Shown in pieces: positions 28,103 to 36,679 of a DNA stretch of 64,000 bases. Made by a program: the position numbers and the translations under genes. Source of the stretch: an uncultured Chloroflexia bacterium (lineage in GTDB: Bacteria; Chloroflexota; Limnocylindria; Limnocylindrales; CSP1-4). The number at the start of each line of letters is the position of its first letter. The first letter of the stretch is position 1. Below the pieces are notes generated by a model. That model was given only the letters and a program-made list of their open reading frames with translations, was not told the DNA's origin and made no database searches. The stretch spans positions 129,780-193,779 of the forward strand of contig CAVRVI010000006.1 of NCBI GenBank assembly GCA_963724635.1, given 5' to 3'.

Positions 28103-29992
28103 CAGCGCCAGCGGATCGTGCCGGCGGCCTTGTCCGCGGTCTCGAGGATGGCCTGGAGGTCGGCGTCGCGCGATGGCTCGATCGCGAGGACGACGGCCGT
28201 CCCGCGGACATCGATGACGACCAGGCGCGTCGTCTGGCCCGGCTCAAGGTAGAAAGCGGTCGAGCCGTTGGTGAAGATGGCGACCCGTCGGTTCTCGATC
28301 GGTGCGAGGTCGACCGAGAGCCCCTTCCGACCGCCGATCTTGACCGACGCGGGTCGAGTCGAACTGACGCCGTCGGTGACGACGAACGCCTCGATGATGG
28401 AGCGCGCCTTGTCGCGAGGCACCGTCGCGACGCCGCCGGGGAAGACCTGCGCGACGCGCGACGCGAACGTCATCGCGCCCTGCGGGCGTTCGAAGGTCAC
28501 GAGGTCGCCCTCATGGACGGCGCTTGACCAGCCCTTCCCGAGCTTGACGTCGAACGCGGGGTCGAAGCGCGACGGGGCGTAGCGACCGGAACCCAGTCCG
28601 CACGCCAGGCCGAAGAACGACTCGCACACGTCCGAGACCTTGCCCGGCGGCAGCGGCCGCGGCGTCGGGCTGGGCTTGGGCGTGCCTGCCGGTGCCTCGC
28701 TAGGGGTGGCGGTGGGATCCGCGGTCGCGAAGGCGACCTCCGTCGGCTGCCCGGCTGCGGCGGTGGCCGTGACGCGGGGCCGGACGGAACTCAAGGCGAC
28801 GCCACCGCCGGGCAGGGCAGCAACGAGGATCGCCCCGAGGGTCCCGCCGATGAGCGCCAGCGCGACGAGGGCGAGACCCGGACCAGCCGATCGACGGCCA
28901 CGTCCGATGGTGCCGACGGGCGGCTGCGACGCTGGGGCGCGGAGTGGGCTGGCCGGCCCCGACACGGGAGGCGTGGGTACGAGCGGTGGGGCGGTCGCTC
29001 CTTCGGCCGCGGCAGGTTCGGCGGCGACAGTGACGACGGCGGCGACCGCGGGGCGATCGGCGACCACCACCGGCGTCGGCGTGCGGCGTCGGCGTCGGCC
29101 CCGATCGGTCGCCCGTCGCCACGATCGGTTCGAGGGCGGCCGCCATGGCCGCCCCGTTGGGATACCGCCCGGCGGCCTCGGGGGCGAGTGCCCGCACCAC
29201 GACCGCCTCCAGGGCGGGGGGCACGCCCGCGACCCGGGCGCTCGGCGATGGTGGCGCGGCGCCCACGCGGGCCAGCGCGATCGCATCGGTCGAGTCGCCG
29301 GTCCAGGCCCGGACCCCGGTGAGGGCCTCGTACAGGACGAGACCCAGCCCGTACACGTCCGAGGCCGGGGTCGTGGTCAGTCCGCGGGCCTGCTCGGGAC
29401 TGAAGTAGTGGACACTCCCCAGGGTCGTGCCCGGGAGCGCGGCCTCGGCATCGATCGCCAGCCGGGCGATCCCGAAGTCGGCGACCATCGCGCGACCATC
29501 GGCCGCCAGCAGGATGTTGCCCGGCTTGATGTCGCGATGGACGATGCCGCGGACGTGGGCGACCGCGAGGCCGCGTGCGACATCGAGACCGATCCGGGCG
29601 GCTTGCCATGGTGCGAGTCGGCCGCTGCGCTTGAGGCGGGCGGCGAGGTCCTCGCCCTCGATGAGCTCCATGACGAGGTATGGCTGGTCACCGTCGGTGC
29701 CGGTGTCCAGGCACGCGACGATGTTGGGGTGGCGCAACACCGTCGCGGCGAGGGCCTCGCGGCGGAACCGCTGGGAGAGATCCGGGTCGCGACTGACCTC
29801 GGGCCGAAGGAGCTTGACGGCGACGGAGCGGTCCAGGCGAAGGTCGGTCGCGCGATGGATCGTGGCCATCCCGCCACGCCCGATGACCGGTCCCAGCCGG
29901 TAGCGATCGCCCACGACGCGCGGTGAACCGTCGTCACTCGAGCGGGGAGCGGCGGGGTCGCGCGGGTCGGTCACGCCTCGACGATAGACCAC
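28102..29992 (-). CDS. Transmembrane Ser/Thr protein kinase with an unassigned extracellular C-domain, one frame interruption (~29083)
   Basis: The kinase domain is in ORF 28700..29992 (GRGGMATIHRA, VAVKLL, HRDIKPGNILL, DFGIA, GSVHYFSPEQ). The Pro/Thr linker, TM helix (GLALVALALIGGTLGAILVAAL) and ~270-aa C-part are in ORF 28102..29286. The break lies inside a (CGGCGT)n-type repeat. Confidence 0.85.
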
Positions 29993-30054
29993 ACCGTCCT
30001 GAGAGGCGATGGGCCATCCTTCCGGGCTCCACGCCCGAATGGACCGACGAGCCT

Positions 30055-30873
30055 ATGAACCCGACCCCAGGAGATGACCCGAGCATCATGTCAAGCGACC
30101 GGACCCGCCAACTCGTCACCGTCGTCGCCTTCCTCATCACGGTCACCGTCAACGGCGCCGCCAATGCGCTGCCGATCAACGGCCAGCTGACCGCCGAGAT
30201 CAGCGATCGGTTCCATGTCTACGTGATCCCGGCGGGGTACGTCTTCGCCATCTGGGGCCTCATCTACCTTGCCCTGGGCGCCTTCACGGTCTATCAGGCG
30301 TTGCCCTCACAGCGCGCGAACCCCGTACTCCGCCGCCTCGGCTGGCTGCCTGCGCTGACCGGGGTCCTCAACACGGTCTGGGTGCTGTTGTTCCAGTACG
30401 AGCTCTTCGTGCTCACGGTGCCGGTGATGATCGCGTTGCTGCTGACCCTCATCGCGATCCATCTGCGCCTCTGGGAGCGCCGGGCCGAGCTGGACCGAGC
30501 CGCGTTCTGGTTCGTCCGCGTGCCGTTCTCGATCTACCTCGGCTGGATCACCGTCGCGACCATCGCCAATATCGCGCAGACCCTCCAGTCCGTCGGAATC
30601 GATGGGTTCGGCGTCCAGCCGGAGCTCATCGCCTCGCTCGTCCTGCTGACCGGGCTCGCCATCGCGGTGACCTTTGTCTGGCGATTCCACGACGCCGCGT
30701 ACGGCCTCGTGATCGTCTGGGCGTACGCGGGCATCGTCGTGAAGGAGGCGGGCTCCGCCTACGTGCCGGTGCTCGCAGCCCTCGGGGCGCTCGGTGTCGG
30801 GGCGCTCGTGTTGCTCAGCCTTGCCGGTCGGCTCCCGCCGGCCCGCGGACCGATCCGCCTCTCGGCCGACTGA
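30055..30873 (+). CDS. Integral membrane protein, TspO/MBR-related (tentative)
   Basis: Inner ATG at 30055 of ORF 29923..30873. It has 7-8 hydrophobic helices and Trp/Tyr-rich motifs (VIPAGYVFAIWGLIYLALGAF, FSIYLGWITVATIANI). The family assignment comes from recalled similarity, not a search. Confidence 0.45.
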   Translation: MNPTPGDDPSIMSSDRTRQLVTVVAFLITVTVNGAANALPINGQLTAEISDRFHVYVIPAGYVFAIWGLIYLALGAFTVYQALPSQRANPVLRRLGWLPALTGVLNTVWVLLFQYELFVLTVPVMIALLLTLIAIHLRLWERRAELDRAAFWFVRVPFSIYLGWITVATIANIAQTLQSVGIDGFGVQPELIASLVLLTGLAIAVTFVWRFHDAAYGLVIVWAYAGIVVKEAGSAYVPVLAALGALGVGALVLLSLAGRLPPARGPIRLSAD

Positions 30874-30880
30874 CGCTCGG

Positions 30881-32587
30881 TCAGGCGGGGCGGCGATCCG
30901 CGCTGGCGATGCGCTCACCGGGCAGGGTCGTCGGTCGGCCGTTGCCCTGGCCCCCCGGGCGCCCGTAGCCGTTGCCCTGACCCTGGCCCTGCGGCCGGGG
31001 CTGGCCGTAGCCGTTGCCCGGGCCGGCGGGCCGACCTTGACCCTGACCCTGCGAGCGGCCGTAGCCGTTGCCCGGGCCGCCGGAGCGGCCACCGTGCTGC
31101 GGACGGCCTGACGGAGCGCCGACGGGAGCCGGTCGATTGCCGAGGCCCTGCCCGGTCCGAGGCGCGCCGCCGTTCCGTGCCGGCGCTCCGTTCCGTGGCG
31201 CGCCGCCGGTGCGTGCCGGTCCGCCGTTGCGCGGCTGGGCGGCCGCCGGTCCCTGGAATGGTACGGACCGACGGGCTGGTGCCTCGCCGAGGCCCACGCC
31301 GTCGCGCCGCGGGGCGTGCGCGGCATACGGAGCGTGCTGGCCCTGGCGTCGCGGGCCACCGCCACCACGCGACACCTGGGCGCCACGCGGCTCGGGACGG
31401 GCCCGGCCCAGGCCACCGCGCAGGATCGGCTCCGGCCGGATGGACCGGTCGGGCTCGAACCCGGCGATCACTTCCTGCGGGATCGCGCGACCCAGCACGA
31501 GCTGGATCTCGTTGAGGAGCTTGCCCTCATCCACGCACACGAGCGACACGGCGTGGCCCGGTGAACCGGCACGGCCCGTGCGGCCGATGCGATGCACGTA
31601 GTCCTCGGGGACCATCGGCAGCTCGAAGTTGACGACGTGCGGCAGCCCGTCGATATCGAGCCCGCGCGCGGCGATCTCGGTCGCCACGAGGATCGGTGTG
31701 CGGCCGGCCTTGAAGTCGGCGAGCGCGCGGACCCGCTGGCCCTGGCTCTTGTTGCCGTGGATGGCGAGGGCGGCGATGCCGTCGCGCTCCAGCTGCTGGG
31801 CCAATCGATTGGCGCCGTGCTTCGTGCGCGTGAAGACGAGCGCCTGGTCGATGGCGCCGGTGCGGATCAGGTGCGAGAGGAGCTCGCGCTTGCGCTCGCG
31901 GTCGACCGGGTGGACGACCTGCGTCACGAGCGGCGCCGCCGAGTTGCGCGGCGTGACCTGGACGGACGCTGGATCGTGCAGGAACCCGCTCGCGAGCGAG
32001 CGGATGTCGTCGGAGAACGTCGCGCTGAACAGCAGGTTCTGGCGCCTGGGCGGCAGGACCGCGAGGACCTTGCGGATGTCGCGGATGAAGCCCATGTCCA
32101 GCATGCGGTCGGCCTCGTCAAGGACGAGGATCTCGACCGTCGAGAGGTCGATGGTCCGCTGGCCGAGGTGGTCGAGCAGGCGACCGGGCGTGGCGACCAC
32201 GACATCGGCGCCGCGGCGCAGGGCACTGACCTGCGGGCTGAAGCCGACGCCGCCGTAGATCGCCGCGGAACGAACGCCCCAATGATGGCCGTAGACCCGC
32301 ACGCTCTCCTCGACCTGGAGCGCGAGCTCACGTGTCGGGGCGAGGACGAGGGCACGGATCGGCCGGCGGCCGGAGCGCGGGTCGAGGTTCGGTGGGCCAA
32401 GCCGCTGGAGCATCGGCAGCACGAAGGCCGCCGTCTTGCCCGTACCGGTCTGGGCGCCGGCCATGAGGTCGCGGCCGGCGAGGACGAGCGGGATGGCCTC
32501 GGCCTGGACGGGGGTGGGCTCGGTGTAGCCCTGGTCCGCGACGGCGCGGAGGAATTCGGGCGCAAGCCCAAGCTGATCGAAGGACAT
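30881..32587 (-). CDS. DEAD-box ATP-dependent RNA helicase (RhlE-like) with a Gly/Arg/Asn-rich C-terminal tail
   Basis: ATG 32587 gives MSFDQLGL. Motifs are the Q motif (GYTEPTPVQ), [18 protein letters not shown] (VLDEADRM), SAT and [10 protein letters not shown]. The tail carries GNGYG and QGQGQG repeats. Confidence 0.9.
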   Translation of the reverse strand: MSFDQLGLAPEFLRAVADQGYTEPTPVQAEAIPLVLAGRDLMAGAQTGTGKTAAFVLPMLQRLGPPNLDPRSGRRPIRALVLAPTRELALQVEESVRVYGHHWGVRSAAIYGGVGFSPQVSALRRGADVVVATPGRLLDHLGQRTIDLSTVEILVLDEADRMLDMGFIRDIRKVLAVLPPRRQNLLFSATFSDDIRSLASGFLHDPASVQVTPRNSAAPLVTQVVHPVDRERKRELLSHLIRTGAIDQALVFTRTKHGANRLAQQLERDGIAALAIHGNKSQGQRVRALADFKAGRTPILVATEIAARGLDIDGLPHVVNFELPMVPEDYVHRIGRTGRAGSPGHAVSLVCVDEGKLLNEIQLVLGRAIPQEVIAGFEPDRSIRPEPILRGGLGRARPEPRGAQVSRGGGGPRRQGQHAPYAAHAPRRDGVGLGEAPARRSVPFQGPAAAQPRNGGPARTGGAPRNGAPARNGGAPRTGQGLGNRPAPVGAPSGRPQHGGRSGGPGNGYGRSQGQGQGRPAGPGNGYGQPRPQGQGQGNGYGRPGGQGNGRPTTLPGERIASADRRPA

Positions 32588-32780
32588 GGGGGTCAAGGAC
32601 TCCTGACGGGCCCACCCGCCGGACGACACGTCCGCGGGGCCCGGTCAGGGCACTGGTGGTGGTTCGCAGATCGGAGTCGACATCGTCGACCGGGGCGCTG
32701 ACCGGGGCGCCCATCGAGCACGAGAAGGCCGAAGCATACCCGAAGGCTCGGGACCGTGCCGTTGTACCCTGCTCGGACCG

Positions 32781-35700
32781 ATGGCGACCCTGGCCGATCC
32801 CGAACCACCGATCGCGACCCACGAGGAGTCGGAGTTCCTCCGGCCGTACGTGCCGCGCCTGGTCGTGGAGTGGCTGCGCAACACCCCCGACGCCAAGCAT
32901 CGCGAGGTGGAAGCCTCGCTGGTCTTCGTCGATATCTCGGGCTTCACGGCCCTGACCGAGCGGCTCGCCCGGAAGGGCAAGGTCGGCGCCGAACTGATGC
33001 GAGACACGCTCGATGGCGTCTTCCGGGCGCTGCTCGACGAGGCCTACGACTGGGGCGCGGGTCTCCTGAAATGGGGCGGCGATGCCCTGCTCCTGATGTT
33101 CGATGGACCCGGTCACGCCTGGCGAGCGTCACGGGCTGCCTGGGAGATGCAATCGACGATCGACCGCGTGGGGCGACTCCACCTCACGGGCGGGACCATC
33201 GTGCTGCGCATGTCGGTCGGTATCGGGACCGGGACGTACCACTTCTTCATGACCGGGAGCGTCCATCGCGAACTGCTCATCGCCGGACCCGCGATGACCG
33301 AGACGCTGACCATGGAGGCGATCGCGGACGCCGGTGAGATCGGCATCAGCCCGGCCGTCGTCTCGCTGCTCCCCGCGGATTGCATCGGGCCCCAGAAGGA
33401 CGGCATCACGCTGCTGGCGCGCCCGCCCGACATCGAGCGCCGGCGCGCTCCGGATGTCGGCGACGTCCGCTCGCTCGACATCGCGTCGTGCATCCCCGTG
33501 GCGGCCCGTGCGCACGTGCTGCTGCGCAAGTCCGAGCCGGAGCATCGGACGATCACCGCCGCCTTCATCGACCTCATGGATACCGACCGCCTGCTCGAGG
33601 AGGTCGGGCCGGACGTGCTCGCCCAGGGCCTGGACCTGCGGATGCGATCCATCCAGGAGGCCGCGCTCCGCTACGAGGTGCCGTTCTACGAGACCGACGT
33701 CGGAAAGTCGAGCGTCAAGGCGCTCCTGACCGCCGGCGCGCCGTCCAGCACCGGCCACGACGAGGAGCGGATGCTCCGAACCCTGCGCGACATCATGGAC
33801 GTCGACGGCCTCGTGCCCATGCGCATCGGGGTCAACACCGGCAAGGTGTTCACGGGCGACTTCGGGCCGCCGTACCGGCGGGCGTACCGCGTCTTCGGTG
33901 ACGCGATCAACACCGCGGCCCGCGTGATGAGCAAGGCGGACGCCGGCCAGATCCTGTCCACGGAGATCGTGCTCAACCGGTCGCGCACGATCTTCGAGGC
34001 GACGCCGATCGCGCCGTTCGCCGCGAAGGGCAAGTCGGAGCCGGTCAAGGCGTCCATCGTCGGGCCGGCCATCGGGGTCAAGGCGTCGCACCAGGGTGGG
34101 CAGCCGCTGGTCGGGCGCGACCAGGAGCTGGCGTCGCTCCTGGATGCCGTCGAGCAGGCACGGGCCGGCCGTGCGTCGATCATCGAGATCTGCGGCGAGG
34201 CCGGCATGGGCAAGAGCCACCTCGTCCAGGACGTCGTGGGGCGCTCGAGCGACTTCCGCTTCGTTCGCTCGCGCTGCGAGGAGTACGAGACATCCACGCC
34301 GTACTACGTGTTCCGGTCCATCGTCCGTGCGGCCCTCGACCTCGAAGAGGACGAGGATTCGGACGCGGTCATCGCCCGCCTGGACGAGACCATCCTCCGG
34401 GTCGACCCCAGTCTCGTCCCGTGGACGCCGCTGCTCGGCGTCCTGCTCGGCCTTGACCTGCCGGACACGCCCGAAACGGCCGCCCTCGGCGAGCGGTTCA
34501 TCCGCGATCGACTCGCGGAGGTCGCCATCCGCTTCCTGGGAACGGTGCTGTCCGGAGCGCCATCGATCTTCCTCATCGAGGACGTCCACTACCTGGACGA
34601 GGCCTCGCACGATCTCCTGTTGCGCCTGGCGCGGGCTGCCGCGGAGCGACGGCAGGTCCTCATCGTCACTCGCCAGGGAGTCGGCGAGCCATTCGCGCCG
34701 CCTGGGCCGGGCATGCCCGACATCCGGTCCATGGAGCTCGGCCCGCTGGCCACGGACACGCTCATCGAGATCATCGACGCCGCCACCGAGGACGATCCCC
34801 TCCCCCGTCACGAGGTCGAGGAGATCGCGCGGCGATCGGGCGGCAACGCGCTGTTCCTGTTCGAGCTGATCGACGCCGTCCGCGAGACTGGCAGCGTCGA
34901 GTCGCTCCCCGATTCGATCGAATCGATGATCGCCGGGGACATCGACCGCCTGAGCCCGACCGACCGGACGATCCTGCGCTACGCCGCGGTCCTTGGCACG
35001 AGCTTCGACCCGGCGCTCCTCACCGATTGCATCGGTGGCGAGATCGACCTCGACGATGAGGTCTGGTCGCGACTCGATGAGCTGGTGGTGCAGGAGTCGA
35101 GCGGCGGCCTGCGATTCCGGAACACGCTCATCCGGGATGCGGCGTACGAGGGCCTGCCGTACCGCCGTCGACGGATCCTGCACGGTCGGGTCGGGGAGAC
35201 CATCGAGGCGACCGCCGGCGTCTCCCTCGACGAGGAGATCGGGACGCTCGCCCTTCACTACTACGAGGCGCAGCGCTGGGACAAGGCCTGGGAGTTCTGC
35301 CGACGCGCCGGTGAGCGGGCCCGCGGCCTCTACGCCAACGTCGAAGCGCTCGGGGCCTTCAAGTCGGCGCTCGTTGCCGGTCGACACCTGCGGAGCGTCT
35401 CCCGGACCCAACTCGCCGGCGTGTACGAGACCCTTGGCGACACGTACGCCGAGCTCAGCGAGCCAGGTCGGGCGGACCAGTCGTATGCCGCCGGACGACG
35501 CCTGGTGGCGCCGGACGTCGTCGCCGACGCGCGCCTGGCGGTGAAGCAGGTCAAGCAGGCGATCGCGATGGGCCGCTACCCGAGCGCGCTGCGCCAATCG
35601 GCGCGTTCGTTGGCCGCCCTCGATGGTTTGTCGAGCCGGGCCGCGTCGGCCCAGCGCGCCCGACTGCTGGTCTGGCGTGGCTGGGTCCGCTACTCGCAGA

Positions 35701-36632
35701 ACCGTGCGGCCGAGGCGATCGAATGGTGCGAGCGCGGCGTCCTGGAAGCTCGCCGGGCGCGCGACGACGAGGCGCTGGCCCAGGGTTATCAGGCGCTGGA
35801 CTCGGCGTACTTCGACACCGGCGAACTCGACAAGGCGATCTACTCGGCCAGGGCCCTCGCGATCTACGAGCGGATGGGCGACATCGGCCGGCAGGCGCTG
35901 GTCCTCAACAACATGGGTGTCCTCGCCAAGGACCGATCCGAGTGGGATGAGGCGCGCCGCCTGTACGACCGGTCGCGGCACCTGTTCGAGGTCACCGGGG
36001 ACCGCGCCTACGAGACCCTGGTCAAGTTCAACGTCGCCGAGATCCTCAGCGATCAGGGGCACTACCAGGAGGCGGAGGCCCTGCTGCGGGACGTCGTCCG
36101 GTCATGGCGTGCCGCCGGTGCCGAGGCCGACGTCGCCGAGGCCCGCCGGGAGCTCGCCCGGGCCCTGGCACGCCAAGGCGATCACGCGGCCGCGCTGGAC
36201 CTCCTCGCCGAGGCGCGAGCGACGCAGGTCGAACACGGTCAACACGGCGAAGTGCTCACGACCGACCTCCGGCGTGCCGAGGCGATGCTCCTCGCGGGCA
36301 GGACGCAGGAGGCCTTGGCCCTGGCAGACGAGATCGAGGCCGGTGCCGAGTCCTCCGACGGTGGTGCGCTCCTCACGACGGGGGTCGCCCGCGTCCGGGG
36401 CTGGGGCCATCTGCAAGAAGGCGACCCCGCCGAGGCGGCACGCTGGTTCCGCGAGGCCGTCCAGCTCGCGACCGAGCGTGGCGACGACTTCCAGGCCACG
36501 CTCGCCCTCGATGGCCTGCTGGCCGCGCTGGACCGTGACGATCCGGATCGGGCTGCGACCACCGAGCGGCGTGACGCGATGGTGGAGCGCCTGGGAATCG
36601 AGCGGACCCCGTCGGTGCCGACGGGGTCCTAG
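32781..36632 (+). CDS. Multidomain signalling protein: two class-III nucleotidyl cyclase homology domains + P-loop STAND/AAA_16-type NTPase + TPR repeats
   Basis: Intact 1283-aa ORF. Domains, N to C:
- CHD1: VFVDISGFTALTE...KWGGDALLLMF.
- CHD2: AAFIDLMDTD...RIGVNTGKVFTGDFG...YRVFGDAINTAARVMS.
- Walker A GEAGMGKS (~34194-34217) and Walker B-like IFLIEDVHYLD.
- C-terminal ~450 aa of TPR-like helical repeats. Confidence 0.9.
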   Translation: MATLADPEPPIATHEESEFLRPYVPRLVVEWLRNTPDAKHREVEASLVFVDISGFTALTERLARKGKVGAELMRDTLDGVFRALLDEAYDWGAGLLKWGGDALLLMFDGPGHAWRASRAAWEMQSTIDRVGRLHLTGGTIVLRMSVGIGTGTYHFFMTGSVHRELLIAGPAMTETLTMEAIADAGEIGISPAVVSLLPADCIGPQKDGITLLARPPDIERRRAPDVGDVRSLDIASCIPVAARAHVLLRKSEPEHRTITAAFIDLMDTDRLLEEVGPDVLAQGLDLRMRSIQEAALRYEVPFYETDVGKSSVKALLTAGAPSSTGHDEERMLRTLRDIMDVDGLVPMRIGVNTGKVFTGDFGPPYRRAYRVFGDAINTAARVMSKADAGQILSTEIVLNRSRTIFEATPIAPFAAKGKSEPVKASIVGPAIGVKASHQGGQPLVGRDQELASLLDAVEQARAGRASIIEICGEAGMGKSHLVQDVVGRSSDFRFVRSRCEEYETSTPYYVFRSIVRAALDLEEDEDSDAVIARLDETILRVDPSLVPWTPLLGVLLGLDLPDTPETAALGERFIRDRLAEVAIRFLGTVLSGAPSIFLIEDVHYLDEASHDLLLRLARAAAERRQVLIVTRQGVGEPFAPPGPGMPDIRSMELGPLATDTLIEIIDAATEDDPLPRHEVEEIARRSGGNALFLFELIDAVRETGSVESLPDSIESMIAGDIDRLSPTDRTILRYAAVLGTSFDPALLTDCIGGEIDLDDEVWSRLDELVVQESSGGLRFRNTLIRDAAYEGLPYRRRRILHGRVGETIEATAGVSLDEEIGTLALHYYEAQRWDKAWEFCRRAGERARGLYANVEALGAFKSALVAGRHLRSVSRTQLAGVYETLGDTYAELSEPGRADQSYAAGRRLVAPDVVADARLAVKQVKQAIAMGRYPSALRQSARSLAALDGLSSRAASAQRARLLVWRGWVRYSQNRAAEAIEWCERGVLEARRARDDEALAQGYQALDSAYFDTGELDKAIYSARALAIYERMGDIGRQALVLNNMGVLAKDRSEWDEARRLYDRSRHLFEVTGDRAYETLVKFNVAEILSDQGHYQEAEALLRDVVRSWRAAGAEADVAEARRELARALARQGDHAAALDLLAEARATQVEHGQHGEVLTTDLRRAEAMLLAGRTQEALALADEIEAGAESSDGGALLTTGVARVRGWGHLQEGDPAEAARWFREAVQLATERGDDFQATLALDGLLAALDRDDPDRAATTERRDAMVERLGIERTPSVPTGS
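36604..36629 (+). terminator. Perfect 12-bp inverted repeat (GGACCCCGTCGG-TG-CCGACGGGGTCC) abutting the stop codon of the cyclase gene
   Basis: Seen directly. It ends 1 nt before TAG 36630-36632. There is no U-tract. The genes here are convergent, so a terminator or RNA-stability role is inferred. Confidence 0.4.
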
Positions 36633-36645
36633 CGCTCAGTTCGTG

Positions 36646-36669
36646 GCGGGCGCCCGGTGGGACGCCCGC
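36646..36669. terminator. GC-rich hairpin (GCGGGCG-N10-CGCCCGC) in the 47-bp convergent intergenic gap
   Basis: Seen directly between the stop codons at 36632 (+) and 36680 (-). It could act as a bidirectional terminator. Confidence 0.4.
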
Positions 36670-36679
36670 GTTGGACGGA

